Source of the DNA: Actinomycetes bacterium
Lineage (GTDB): Bacteria > Actinomycetota > Humimicrobiia > Humimicrobiales > Humimicrobiaceae
Assembly (NCBI GenBank): GCA_022396035.1
Contig: JAIOXO010000007.1
Span: 2,473-66,472, forward strand
Direction of reading: 5' to 3'
Length of the DNA stretch: 64,000 nt
Shown here: piece after piece, positions 41,055 through 50,996 of the stretch
How positions within the stretch are numbered: the first letter of the stretch is position 1
Layout: the number at the start of each line of letters is the position of its first letter
The notes under the pieces: model-generated
Told to the model about the DNA's origin: nothing
Seen by the model: the letters and a program-made list of their open reading frames with translations, nothing else
The model's database searches: none
Made by a program: the position numbers and the translations under genes

Positions 41055-41867
41055 TTAGATTTCTTTCTTTATGGTAAAGACTATCAGTTTTACAAAACTA
41101 ACCACAGTGGCGATACTTAAACCAATTATTACCAGGATAAGAGCCACAGTTACAACCGGGATCAGGATACTGGCAATATTTTCTGCCGGTATATTGCTGA
41201 AGTCAAAAGGAAAAATTGACAGCAGGGTTGATACCGAGGCAATGCCAAAAATATTCATTACTATGTTGGTTATCTGCCTTACCGAGTAATGGTCTATTAT
41301 AATCATCACTATATTGCCTATAATAGAAACCACCACCGCTACCGTGAAGATAGGCAACCAAAATCTGAAATCATCGGTAAGCACCGGGTATCTGGTCCAG
41401 GTTTGCAGTGCGGAATTATATTCATAATATGCAATATAATGGTAGAAAAAATTAAAAAATACCAGAAATACTATACTCCAGGCTATGGACATACTGTATC
41501 CGGTTAATCTGCTTCCCCTGGTTCCTTCCTGCTTATAATTTTTTTTTTCTACAGTTGGGACCACATCTTTTGAACTGCTCTCTTCCTGTTTGGTATCTGA
41601 ATCCTGTTCTTCTTTAAATACCTCGGCTACATCATCACCAAATTTTTTGGCTGCCTTTCCTGCTTCCCTGAACTTTTCTTTAACTTCCTCATCCTTGAAT
41701 CTGTCCCCAAAAGCCCTGGCCGACCGGGAAGCACTTTCACTGAATTCCCTGGCTTTCTTTTTAAGTTCCGGATCATTAAAAACCTTGGATACCGCTTCTC
41801 CAAATTCTTTCATCATCTCACCAAAACTGCCGCCTAAATTTTTATTATCATTTTTCTCCTGTTCCAT
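41055..41867 (-). CDS. Hypothetical membrane protein (charged helical N-terminus, ~4 TM)
   Basis: ORF with AAGGAGG RBS; hydrophobic C-terminal half. Confidence 0.75.
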   Translation of the reverse strand: MEQEKNDNKNLGGSFGEMMKEFGEAVSKVFNDPELKKKAREFSESASRSARAFGDRFKDEEVKEKFREAGKAAKKFGDDVAEVFKEEQDSDTKQEESSSKDVVPTVEKKNYKQEGTRGSRLTGYSMSIAWSIVFLVFFNFFYHYIAYYEYNSALQTWTRYPVLTDDFRFWLPIFTVAVVVSIIGNIVMIIIDHYSVRQITNIVMNIFGIASVSTLLSIFPFDFSNIPAENIASILIPVVTVALILVIIGLSIATVVSFVKLIVFTIKKEI

Positions 41868-41918
41868 GTATCCTCCTTTATTTAAAATTTTTTTTTAAAA
41901 TTTTAAAATTTACAATAT

Positions 41919-42602
41919 TTAAAAAATATTTGACTCTATGTACCTGGCTACCGCCTGCCCCAGTATTTTATGGCTGGATTCCTCATAATGAAGTCCGTCA
42001 GTATCGCTGGGCTCTATAACATTGGCTACCTCCATAAAATGGCAGCCCTTTTGTTTGGCTATTTTTTTAAGGTAACCGGCTAATTGTTCTGACTTTGGCC
42101 CGGCTCCCTCAAACATTAGCGCAAACTGGATCAGTTTTCCTACCGGTGGGGGACACATAAGCAACAATTCCGGACTGCTGCCTCCAGGCCCGGCACCACT
42201 GCCCTGTATCATATCTACAAGCTTACCCAGTCCCAGGGCAATATCGTATGCGGAAGCAGAAAACTTTTTCTTAAAATCATTAGAACCCAGCATTAGAAGC
42301 ACCAGATCCAGGGGCGCATGAGACTCCAGACAGGGGACCAGATAAGTCATTCCATTTTTATGTACCCCCTCTACCGGATCATCAAACACCGTAGTCCGCC
42401 CATTAAGCCCTTCTTCAATAATCCTGAACCCGGAACCCAACTCTTTTTGCAATATTCCCGGCCATCTCTGTTCCGGGCCATACCTTAAATCAGAGGCTAT
42501 TACCTCCTCTCCCAGCTGATCAAATCCAATGGGCTTGCATCCATAAGTATTGGAATCGCCATAGCATAAGATAGTTTTCAACCTTAAATCCCCCCTAATC
42601 AT
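41919..42602 (-). CDS. SGNH/GDSL hydrolase
   Basis: CYGDSNTYG, EEGLNGRTT, LGSND, DGLH motifs. Confidence 0.92.
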   Translation of the reverse strand: MIRGDLRLKTILCYGDSNTYGCKPIGFDQLGEEVIASDLRYGPEQRWPGILQKELGSGFRIIEEGLNGRTTVFDDPVEGVHKNGMTYLVPCLESHAPLDLVLLMLGSNDFKKKFSASAYDIALGLGKLVDMIQGSGAGPGGSSPELLLMCPPPVGKLIQFALMFEGAGPKSEQLAGYLKKIAKQKGCHFMEVANVIEPSDTDGLHYEESSHKILGQAVARYIESNIF

Positions 42603-43290
42603 CTAATTTGTTTAAATCTTCAATAACCTGATCTATATGGTTCTTCATGGCCTGTTGTGAACCATCAATATCGGTAACACTCATCCTGTGATAAATTTCA
42701 TTATGCCATTTAAGTCCTCTGCCAGGAGAGCCCGGAACCCTGGAAATGGTTTTCATCCCCTGGATCAATAAATCAAAAATAAAGTTAAAAATACTGGAAA
42801 GGACATTGTTCTGGCTGCACCTTACAATAGTCCGGTGAAATTCATAATCTTCAACATAATAATCCTCATATTGACCCAGTTTTAAGAATTCTTTGGACTG
42901 GTCCAGGTGCTTTTTTAAAACTTCCAAATCAGAACTGTTTATATTCCTGGTGGCCTCTTTTATGGCTGCTGTCTCTAAAATCATTCTGACCTTAAGTAAA
43001 TCCAGTAACTCCGTCTGGTTCATAAAAACATTCATATTTACCGGATTTAATATGGAGTTTAAGGAAATAGAGGATACAAAAACTCCTTTGCCGTGCCTGA
43101 CATCCACAATTTTGGCCAGACTTAAAGCCTGGATAGCCTCCCTTATACAGCTTCGGGCTACATTTAACTTCTTTGCCAGCTCCCTCTGGGAATCTATCCT
43201 GTCCCCGGGTTTAAGTTCACCCTTTTTTATCCGATATACAATTTCATCTATTACTGCCTGTACCAGGCTTTTGTTTGATTCAGTCTGCAT
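42595..43290 (-). CDS. FadR/GntR-family transcriptional regulator
   Basis: LKPGDRI.SQRELA..L.V.R..IREA HTH; FCD domain D.EFH, N..L. Confidence 0.92.
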   Translation of the reverse strand: MQTESNKSLVQAVIDEIVYRIKKGELKPGDRIDSQRELAKKLNVARSCIREAIQALSLAKIVDVRHGKGVFVSSISLNSILNPVNMNVFMNQTELLDLLKVRMILETAAIKEATRNINSSDLEVLKKHLDQSKEFLKLGQYEDYYVEDYEFHRTIVRCSQNNVLSSIFNFIFDLLIQGMKTISRVPGSPGRGLKWHNEIYHRMSVTDIDGSQQAMKNHIDQVIEDLNKLDD

Positions 43291-43326
43291 TTTTAATGTA
43301 TTTATCTTCTAAACAATTTATTATTT

Positions 43327-44073
43327 CTATATATTTTTTTTAAAACCGTCAAAAGCAGCCTCTACCCTTACCCTGTTTTCTGAATATTGGCCTAACTTCT
43401 GCTCCAGCTCTGTCAGGTCCATGGTTACTATCTGTTTTCCAAAATGGGTAAGTATAAGGTTTTCAATACCATATTTTTTACACCAGTTGATAACCGTCCT
43501 GGCCCTGGTATGCCCAAAGATCTTACCGTCCCTTCTTCTAACCATGTTAATGTTTAAGCTTGATCCATCAGCAATAAGCGTATCCACGCCTTTAAATACA
43601 ATGGATTTGTCAGTTTCGGTATCCACTATATCCGGAGCATAAACTATAGTCTTTTTACCCCCCAGCCTGAAACATACTGCCGGGCACCTTAGGGAGTGAA
43701 TAACCCGGTAAGCAACTACTGATATATCCTTTATGCTAAATTTTTTCCCCGGTTCTATAATCCTATAGTTCAGGGGCTTATTCCGACTGTATTCCAGAGT
43801 TTCCCTGGTCAAATAAACCGGTATTTCTACAGCCTTGTTTTCTTCCACAGTCCACATATAATGATCCGGATGGGCATGGGTAATAAGCAGTGCATCAAAA
43901 TTTGATATCTCTCTGTGCAGGTCGGGGTCATGCTTCTGCCCGTAGTCTATTAAAATTCTAGTGTCTGCTTCTTCAACTATAATGGAAGAATGGTAACGGT
44001 GAAGTTCACTACTCTCTTCAATTTCTCCCCTGGTACCAGGAAAACGGAGGATCATATTAATACCAAGCCTCAT
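43327..44073 (-). CDS. Metallo-beta-lactamase-fold hydrolase
   Basis: LIDYG, THAHPDH, HS, D, TH motifs. Confidence 0.85.
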   Translation of the reverse strand: MRLGINMILRFPGTRGEIEESSELHRYHSSIIVEEADTRILIDYGQKHDPDLHREISNFDALLITHAHPDHYMWTVEENKAVEIPVYLTRETLEYSRNKPLNYRIIEPGKKFSIKDISVVAYRVIHSLRCPAVCFRLGGKKTIVYAPDIVDTETDKSIVFKGVDTLIADGSSLNINMVRRRDGKIFGHTRARTVINWCKKYGIENLILTHFGKQIVTMDLTELEQKLGQYSENRVRVEAAFDGFKKNI

Positions 44074-44118
44074 ATTATTCTAAATATGAATAATTCTACC
44101 ATAGAACGGCATCGAATA

Positions 44119-44769
44119 TTAATAGCTTTTCTTAAGCTTTTCCCATTGATCTAAAATTGAAAGGACCTGGCTGTCAGTAACATCATGCCAGTTCTGGTAA
44201 ACTTGGGCTACCGCCCTGAAATTTTCAGGCATCTCAAGCACCACCAGCCGGTCAGCCTTCCGAGAAACCAGGGATGCTGCCCGTAGCCCAGCTACCGGTA
44301 CCGCAACCACCACTTCTGCTACTTTCTGGTGGCGGCAATAATTTATTGAAGCCAGCATGGTGGAACCCATGGCCAGCCCATCATCTACCAGCATAACGGT
44401 CTTTGCGGAAATATCGGGCAGGGGTTTGCCTTTTCTTAATATCTTTATTCTCCTTTTTATTTCTTCAGACTGCTCTTCTTTTATCCTTTCTATTTCCCCG
44501 GCAGAAAGCCAGCTGGCAGCCTGCCTGTGGATATAGGTGGAACCATCTTCGGAAATAGCTCCAAATCCCGATTCCGGGTTATTAGGGAAAGGAAGCTTCC
44601 TGGTTATCAGAAGATGCAATGATGCCTTTAAGTGTCTGGCTACTTCAAAACCTATCTCTACCCCGCCTCTGGGTATAGCCAGTACCAGCACTTCTCTATC
44701 CATATATTCTTCAAGAGCCATCGCCAATCTGGCTCCTGCATCTTTTCTGTCTTTAAAAAATTTAGTCAT
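44119..44769 (-). CDS. Phosphoribosyltransferase-family protein
   Basis: F.DR.DAG..LA, AIPRGG, VMLVDDGLAMGST PRPP motif. Confidence 0.9.
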   Translation of the reverse strand: MTKFFKDRKDAGARLAMALEEYMDREVLVLAIPRGGVEIGFEVARHLKASLHLLITRKLPFPNNPESGFGAISEDGSTYIHRQAASWLSAGEIERIKEEQSEEIKRRIKILRKGKPLPDISAKTVMLVDDGLAMGSTMLASINYCRHQKVAEVVVAVPVAGLRAASLVSRKADRLVVLEMPENFRAVAQVYQNWHDVTDSQVLSILDQWEKLKKSY

Positions 44770-47269
44770 CCCGCTTTAACTTCCCGTGCTTGTCCTCAAT
44801 ATTTTCAGTTATGTTCTGGTAGTCACCTTCAGAGTATTTTTCAGGTTTTCCAAATACCACCGAGACCCTGGGCCTCCTTGGCATATGCCCTAAAGGCAGC
44901 AACCCATTTTTCAATAATCCATACAGGCCATTTATCTTTACCGGTACTACGGTTGCTTCCATATCTTTGGAGATCATCCCTATTCCCGGCTCAAATGATT
45001 TTATTTTACCATCAGGAGTAACCCTGCCCTCGGGGAATATTATGATTGACCAGCCCTGGTCCAGCAAACGGCCTATATTTTCCATACTCTGTTTGAACCC
45101 GTAAGTACGGGAAAGAGGAGTGGTATTCATGGCCAGATTGACCAGTAAATAAAAGCCTGCAGCTTCAATAAACCTTCTGACCCAGCAGCCCTGGCGGTAA
45201 AAGAAATGGGTAAAATGATGTTCTATGGACATAAGTACAGTAACCTTACGCCTCAGGGCCAAGGGCAAACAATAAAGTATAACCAGCGTATCCAGATGGC
45301 TGGTATGGTTGGCTGCAAATACCACCGGCTCCTTGGCCTGTTTTAAATTTTTAATACCATATGGTTTCAGTTTTATCAATATCCGTATAAAGGGGTATAT
45401 AATATACTGAAAGATTGTCCTTACCACCGTTACCGCAAACCAGTAAGGGAAATTATAAAAGGGTAGCTTCTTGCTTGTCTTCTGGGGAGAATTAATATAT
45501 TTTTTCAATTCCCCCACTGTAGTATCCCTGCTTATAGGTATCTGGTCAGCATCTATATTGTATTCATTTTCTATCTCTACCGCCAATTTTATGGTATCCA
45601 GGGAATCCAGTCCCAGGTCCCCTGAAAGCCTGGACTCCGGCTTATACTTTTCTCCACTAATATTATGAACTGATCCCAGCAAACGGTACAGCTGATCTCC
45701 TTCTTCCCTGGATTCGCTGCTTCTATTTATCATTTTGGCTACTTCTGCCTTCTTCACCTTTAGGGTTGAGGTCCGGGGAAAATCATGTTCCGGCCAAGCC
45801 GTCCAGTTATCTATTTTTTGATGGGTATCCAGGTTCTGATTAATTGATTCTACTGCCCGGCTTAAGTCCACTTCAGAAGATTTTGGGAGCAGCGCCGCAT
45901 ATACCTGTACAAAATCTTCATTTTTCAAACCAAAAACCACCCCGTCTTTTATATCCGGGTGTTTCTTTATTTCATTTTCTATATCTTCGGGGTACACATT
46001 GGTTCCATCCGGACGCACAATAACATCATCCCCGCGCCCTTTATATATTATATTTCCCTGTGAATCTATTTCTGCCAGGTCTCCCGTTTTAAACCACCCG
46101 CCGCTATAGGCCTTTTTGGTCTGCCCGGAATCAAGGTAATAGCCGGGGCTGACATTATCGCCTTTTACATATATCTGGCCATCTTTGATTTTTACCTTCT
46201 GCCCTTTTAAAGCCCTGCCTATGGTGCCGGCTTCAGTACTGGGATCAGAAAGGGTTACCAGGGGCGCAGTTTCGGTTAGACCATAACCCTGGAAAAGGGC
46301 ATAGGCCAGTCCTCTCCAGAACTGGTCCACTGCCGGTTCCAGATAAGCACCCCCCACTATAATGGCGCAGAACCTCCATCCCAGCCTTATATGCAGCCTC
46401 CACAGTGAGAGAAACCTGTAGGGCCAGTGTTTCTGTTTAATCTGTTCAAACTTTTCTCTAAATTCTTCGTCATCAAGCCCATATTTGCTGCTTACATAGT
46501 CCTTTAAAATTTCCAGCATCCGGGGTAAAACCCCTATAGCCCATACCCGGTATTGTTTTATAATTTTGATTATTCTGGCAGGATTAAGCATATTGGTATA
46601 AACTACAGAACCTCCGATTATAAGGGGGGCAAATATTCCAATCAGTTGTCCATACATGTGGGACAAGGGAACCAGTGAAAGTAGTTTAAACCCCAGCATT
46701 AACCTGAAAGCCCATTTCCATTTATCCAGAGCAGGCTGTACGGACTGTAAATTAGCATAAATATTTTTGTGATTAATAACCACTCCTTTAGGCCTGGAGG
46801 TAGTACCGGAGGTAAATACTATTTCCAGCATACTATCCGGGCTGGTGGATCCGGGTTCTGCAGCTTCCATGTCATTTATATAACCAAAAAGGTCTTTCAG
46901 AAAGTACCTGGGGATTTCCTGAATATCAATATCGGATTCATTTTTACAAAAAATACAGGCAGCCTTTACCTTTTCCTGAATCCTGCGGATAAAAGCCCTC
47001 CCTGACCGGTTATCGACAGGTACCACTGCCACCCCCTGCAGAATACAGCCAATGAATACCACTACCCACTCCAGGCTGTTTTCGCCTTTAAGAAGTATCT
47101 TGTCTCCCCCACTGATACCCTGCTGTTTTAAGAAAGAGCCAAACTTGAGACTATATTCCAGCACCTGTTGCCAGCTTGCAGTTTTTTCCCTGTATTCGGA
47201 CCGGGCTACAACTTTACCCCTGTTGGATTTTAAATGGTTATATAGGTATTGCGCCAAATTTGATTTCAT
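44762..47269 (-). CDS. Acyl-CoA/ACP synthetase (AMP-binding) + carrier domain + PlsC acyltransferase fusion
   Basis: FTSGTTSRPKG, GYGLTE, TGD, LGLDSLD (Ppant Ser), NHTSHLD, FPEG. Confidence 0.9.
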   Translation of the reverse strand: MKSNLAQYLYNHLKSNRGKVVARSEYREKTASWQQVLEYSLKFGSFLKQQGISGGDKILLKGENSLEWVVVFIGCILQGVAVVPVDNRSGRAFIRRIQEKVKAACIFCKNESDIDIQEIPRYFLKDLFGYINDMEAAEPGSTSPDSMLEIVFTSGTTSRPKGVVINHKNIYANLQSVQPALDKWKWAFRLMLGFKLLSLVPLSHMYGQLIGIFAPLIIGGSVVYTNMLNPARIIKIIKQYRVWAIGVLPRMLEILKDYVSSKYGLDDEEFREKFEQIKQKHWPYRFLSLWRLHIRLGWRFCAIIVGGAYLEPAVDQFWRGLAYALFQGYGLTETAPLVTLSDPSTEAGTIGRALKGQKVKIKDGQIYVKGDNVSPGYYLDSGQTKKAYSGGWFKTGDLAEIDSQGNIIYKGRGDDVIVRPDGTNVYPEDIENEIKKHPDIKDGVVFGLKNEDFVQVYAALLPKSSEVDLSRAVESINQNLDTHQKIDNWTAWPEHDFPRTSTLKVKKAEVAKMINRSSESREEGDQLYRLLGSVHNISGEKYKPESRLSGDLGLDSLDTIKLAVEIENEYNIDADQIPISRDTTVGELKKYINSPQKTSKKLPFYNFPYWFAVTVVRTIFQYIIYPFIRILIKLKPYGIKNLKQAKEPVVFAANHTSHLDTLVILYCLPLALRRKVTVLMSIEHHFTHFFYRQGCWVRRFIEAAGFYLLVNLAMNTTPLSRTYGFKQSMENIGRLLDQGWSIIIFPEGRVTPDGKIKSFEPGIGMISKDMEATVVPVKINGLYGLLKNGLLPLGHMPRRPRVSVVFGKPEKYSEGDYQNITENIEDKHGKLKRDD

Positions 47270-47404
47270 GAATTAAATGCACCCCATAATTAGTATAAAT
47301 TACCCACCCCAGGTATTCAACCGCCATAACATTAGGCCAAATTCTTGAAATATTGTTGTTACAGGTCCGCTTTGTTAAAATTTTATAAAAGATGAATATA
47401 AATA

Positions 47405-48490
47405 ATGGAGATACGCAAAATGAACAAAACCATCATACTTAAGATAATAGCCATTGCCGCCTTATTGTTTTTAATGGCCTGGGTAATGGCCTGTATCCCT
47501 GATTTTTTAAGAACCAGCCAACAGCCACAGGCTACCGATTCCCAACCTGCTGCTGCCGGCAGCCTTGAACAGTTTAATCAGAATATAAGAGATCTGGTAA
47601 ACAAAGTACTTCCTTCAGTGGTAAACATAAGAGTAGGTATACTGGAAGAAAATATACTGGGCCAGACCCAGCTACAGGAAGGAGTGGGCTCGGGAGTAAT
47701 ATATGATGAACAGGGCTATATTATAACCAACAGCCATGTAGCGGCTGATGCCCAGCAGCTAATAGTAACCTTGAATGATGGAACACAGGTTGAAGCAGAA
47801 CTGGTAGGAGCCAGCCGGGATACCGATATTGCAGTTATAAAGATAGACAGCAACGGTCTGAAGCCGGCAAATTTTGCCTCTATTGAAGACCAGCATGTTG
47901 GAGACCTGGTAATAGCAGCAGGCAGCCCCTTCGGCATACAGCAGACAGTTACTATGGGCATCATCAGCGGCAAGGGAAGGACACTGCCTGTTTCCTCCGA
48001 CCAGCTGCCTATTGTGGATGCAGTGCAAACCGATGCAGCTATTAATCCTGGTAACAGCGGGGGACCGCTAATAAATATAAATGGAGAAGTTATCGGAATA
48101 AACACCATGGGTATTAGTGCTTCCGGAACCAGTTCCGGGGTTGGTTTTGCCATACCCAGTGATACTGCTACCAATATTGCCGACCAAATCATACAATACG
48201 GCCGGGCCAGAATTCCGTTTATAGGCATTGAAATAACCGCCAATAATACTGAAATACCAGGAGTGGCTGTAGGCAACATAGTTGAAAATTCTCCGGCATC
48301 CAAAGCAGGAATCAGGACCGGTGATATCATTGTTGAGTTTGACCAAAAAAGTATAACCACTCCATTCGACCTATTGTCCCAGCTGTTAAGAAAAGATTGT
48401 GGCCAGGAAGTTGAATTAAAGATTTACAGAGACGGAGACTACCTGTCTATAATGCTGGAACTGGAAGAATGTCCAACCCCTCGGGACTAA
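47405..48490 (+). CDS. HtrA/DegP-family serine protease with PDZ domain
   Basis: GSGVI, TNSHV, DIAVIK, QTDAAINPGNSGGPL, C-terminal PDZ; N-terminal signal/lipobox. Confidence 0.93.
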   Translation: MEIRKMNKTIILKIIAIAALLFLMAWVMACIPDFLRTSQQPQATDSQPAAAGSLEQFNQNIRDLVNKVLPSVVNIRVGILEENILGQTQLQEGVGSGVIYDEQGYIITNSHVAADAQQLIVTLNDGTQVEAELVGASRDTDIAVIKIDSNGLKPANFASIEDQHVGDLVIAAGSPFGIQQTVTMGIISGKGRTLPVSSDQLPIVDAVQTDAAINPGNSGGPLININGEVIGINTMGISASGTSSGVGFAIPSDTATNIADQIIQYGRARIPFIGIEITANNTEIPGVAVGNIVENSPASKAGIRTGDIIVEFDQKSITTPFDLLSQLLRKDCGQEVELKIYRDGDYLSIMLELEECPTPRD

Positions 48491-49728
48491 ATTTTCTGGA
48501 ATTTAAACTTGAGGGCACGCCGCCAAAAGTCAAATTTTGATTTCAACTCCTCCCTGGAATTACCACCCAGATTTATTACCCCGTACCGGTAACTCCGGGC
48601 ATCCTGGAGAGTTGCTGAGAGATTTTTACCCGGATATGCATAAATTTCTATTCTGGCCTCTTCAAATTTGTTCATTACCTGCTTTATCTGTTGGGGGGAA
48701 GGCACACTCAGTACTTTCATGTCTGAAAACTTTCTGAGTACAAAACTGGAACCAAACTTAAATTTTCCTTTCCGGTTAAAACTGTAATCAGGCTTTTTGC
48801 CCAGAGATAAATCCAGCTGCAGCCGGTAAGTATTTATGCCGTCGACCTTCTCTACCAGGTCTGCAAACTGGGAACACATCCTGGGATTTATTTCAATAAT
48901 ACTCAAACTCTTATTTCTGCGGTTATAGAAAAATTCAATATTAAAAAGCCCGTTTCCATAATTTAGGTGACTCAACCATACTCTGGAAACATCCATCATC
49001 CTCTGCTGAACTGCACTGTCTATAGAACTGGGATAATCAAAGCGCTTAAAGCTCTGGGTATCTTTATACATAATAGAATCAGTTATTCCTATGAAAAAAA
49101 CCTGGCCTTTATACACATAACCTTCCAGGTTAACCTGCTGACCAGTGCATATTTTTTCCGCCATAACATAACCGGCACCCACTGGCAGCAGGGTATATTT
49201 TTTTAGCATTCGGTTAAAAGGCTCAACAAACTCTTGTATATGGGCCCTGCTGGCTTCCATATATTTTAAAAACTGATTGGTATTTTCAATTCTGCAAGCA
49301 AGTATGGAAAAAAAAGATTTTACCGGTTTTAGAAAAAAGGGAAAACCGTAAGGGGGATCCTCTTTTTGGAATGGATCCAGTAATTTATATTCCGGCACCA
49401 TGGGCCCAAATAATCTTGACTGCATTTCTCTTGAATAGTATTTATGCTGGCATAAAAAATTTGCCGCCACGTTTACCCCATCCGACCCTATCATGTTTGC
49501 TATTATACTGGCCATTATAGATGCGGGATAATCATGGGTGCCAATTACTGCGTCTATTTTTTCATGTTTAATTTTTTTTATAACATATTCAATAAACACC
49601 AGGGGATCAAAACTGCTTAATATTTCTCTGGTATCAGCACCTTCATAGATATAATTATGGTTATATCCCAGCCGTGGGATTTCTCTAAGATCCCTGAGGG
49701 TGGGACATAGTATGAGTATGTTTTTCAT
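48487..49728 (-). CDS. ATP-grasp domain protein
   Basis: FP.FLKP, AEK, FNIEF, IIEINPR motifs; probable start MKNILILCPT at 49728. Confidence 0.85.
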   Translation of the reverse strand: MKNILILCPTLRDLREIPRLGYNHNYIYEGADTREILSSFDPLVFIEYVIKKIKHEKIDAVIGTHDYPASIMASIIANMIGSDGVNVAANFLCQHKYYSREMQSRLFGPMVPEYKLLDPFQKEDPPYGFPFFLKPVKSFFSILACRIENTNQFLKYMEASRAHIQEFVEPFNRMLKKYTLLPVGAGYVMAEKICTGQQVNLEGYVYKGQVFFIGITDSIMYKDTQSFKRFDYPSSIDSAVQQRMMDVSRVWLSHLNYGNGLFNIEFFYNRRNKSLSIIEINPRMCSQFADLVEKVDGINTYRLQLDLSLGKKPDYSFNRKGKFKFGSSFVLRKFSDMKVLSVPSPQQIKQVMNKFEEARIEIYAYPGKNLSATLQDARSYRYGVINLGGNSREELKSKFDFWRRALKFKFQKI

Positions 49729-49783
49729 TAAGCTAAATAATAATGCAAGAAACAAAAAAAATAAAAAAATATTTCCAGAGATA

Positions 49784-49812
49784 TTGACACCAGCAGCTGG
49801 TTTTGGTATATT
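49784..49812 (+). promoter_or_regulatory. Strong sigma70-type promoter driving a non-coding transcript
   Basis: TTGACA-17 nt-TATATT with extended TG. Confidence 0.75.
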
Positions 49813-49819
49813 TATTATT

Positions 49820-49991
49820 GCCTTAGGAAAAGGAGGCAACATCTGGGAGTAGCTGAAATTGACCTCCGAAAGGAAGTAGGAAAGTAAGCTAAAATTCTGG
49901 ATAGTACCTAAGAAAAGTCCTAAGGTTGAGTCCCAAGGTGTTAAGTAACCTAAAGTGTGAGCAAAGGTGAAAGATAACTTGGGACTTTTTT
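49820..49991 (+). ncRNA. Candidate structured ncRNA of unknown family
   Basis: Begins at the expected TSS; long hairpin 49820-49926 with GAAA tetraloop; second hairpin AGTCCCAAG/CTTGGGACT plus U-run; five AGUA motifs; no credible ORF. Confidence 0.6.
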
Positions 49992-50011
49992 ATATCCCCT
50001 GCCCCATTACA

Positions 50012-50040
50012 TTGCAAAAACATGTTAAAATAAGTAAAAT
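50012..50040 (+). promoter_or_regulatory. Putative promoter of ilvE
   Basis: TTGCAA-17 nt-TAAAAT. Confidence 0.55.
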
Positions 50041-50075
50041 ATTAAAATTACTATCAAGGGGTAAAGGGGCAATCA

Positions 50076-50996
50076 ATGGTTAATCCCAAGTTTGCATATT
50101 TTGAGGGGAAAATTGTACCAATAAGCGAAGCAAAAGTAGATATCAGGACCAACTCACTACAATACGGAACCGCGGTTTTTGAAGGCATAAGAAGTTACTG
50201 GAACCAGTACCAGCAAAAAAATTATATATTCAGAATGAAAGATCATTACCAGCGTTTGCTGGAAAGCGGCCAGATTCTAATGATTAACCTGGATAAATCC
50301 ATACAGCAGCTTTCAGAAATAACCATAGAATTGTTAAAAAAAGAAGATTATCATGAAGATTCCTATATCAGGCCTTACGCCTATAACAGCGGATTAACCA
50401 TAGGGCCAAAACTGGTGGATAATCCCCAGGATATTTTTATATATACCATACCTCTGGGCAATTACCTGGAAACCAGTAAACCCATTAGTGTCTGTACCTC
50501 CTCCTGGACCAGAATAAATGATAACAGCATACCTCCCAGAGCAAAAATTGCCGGTTCCTATGTAAATGCAGCCCTTCAAAAAACCGAAGCCTTGTTAAAC
50601 GGCTATGATGAAGCCATAGTCCTTACCTCTGACGGTCAGCATGTAAGTGAAGGGAGTGCCATGAATATTTTCATAGTTAAAAGAGGGGTTCTGATAACTC
50701 CGCCTGTTACCGATGATATCCTGGAAGGAGTAACCAGGAATACGGTGTTGGAACTGGCAGCCAATGAACTGGGTATAGAGGTAGAGCAAAGATCTGTGGA
50801 CAGGACAGAATTATATACCGCAGATGAACTCTTTTTCTGCGGTACAGGCGCCCAGATATCCCCCATAGGATCAATAGATAAGAGGATTATTGGTAACAAC
50901 ACTATGGGTACTGTAACTAAAAAATTGCAGCAACTATACTTTTCCATAGTCAAAAATGAAGTAGATAAATATTCCCACTGGTGCACAGAGGTTTAA
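50076..50996 (+). CDS. ilvE: Branched-chain amino acid aminotransferase
   Basis: YGTAVFEGIR, YIRP, AK..G.Y.N, EGSAMNIF, ILEGVTR, CGTGAQI motifs. Confidence 0.94.
   Translation: MVNPKFAYFEGKIVPISEAKVDIRTNSLQYGTAVFEGIRSYWNQYQQKNYIFRMKDHYQRLLESGQILMINLDKSIQQLSEITIELLKKEDYHEDSYIRPYAYNSGLTIGPKLVDNPQDIFIYTIPLGNYLETSKPISVCTSSWTRINDNSIPPRAKIAGSYVNAALQKTEALLNGYDEAIVLTSDGQHVSEGSAMNIFIVKRGVLITPPVTDDILEGVTRNTVLELAANELGIEVEQRSVDRTELYTADELFFCGTGAQISPIGSIDKRIIGNNTMGTVTKKLQQLYFSIVKNEVDKYSHWCTEV

Noticed and set aside
41877-41918. TTTAAAATTTT palindromic runs
   Set aside because: Low-complexity AT-rich intergenic sequence; no evidence for a specific site.
49855-49885. SRP (4.5S) RNA, suggested by the UCC-GAAA-GGAAGUAG apex on a ~107-nt hairpin
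   Set aside because: The invariant CAGG/AGCA symmetric loop is absent (GACC/AGUA here); kept as an unknown ncRNA instead.
49820-50075. T-box riboswitch or leader peptide for ilvE
   Set aside because: No UGGNACC antiterminator bulge, no AG-box/GNUG stem I features, and no start codon after the AGGAGG.
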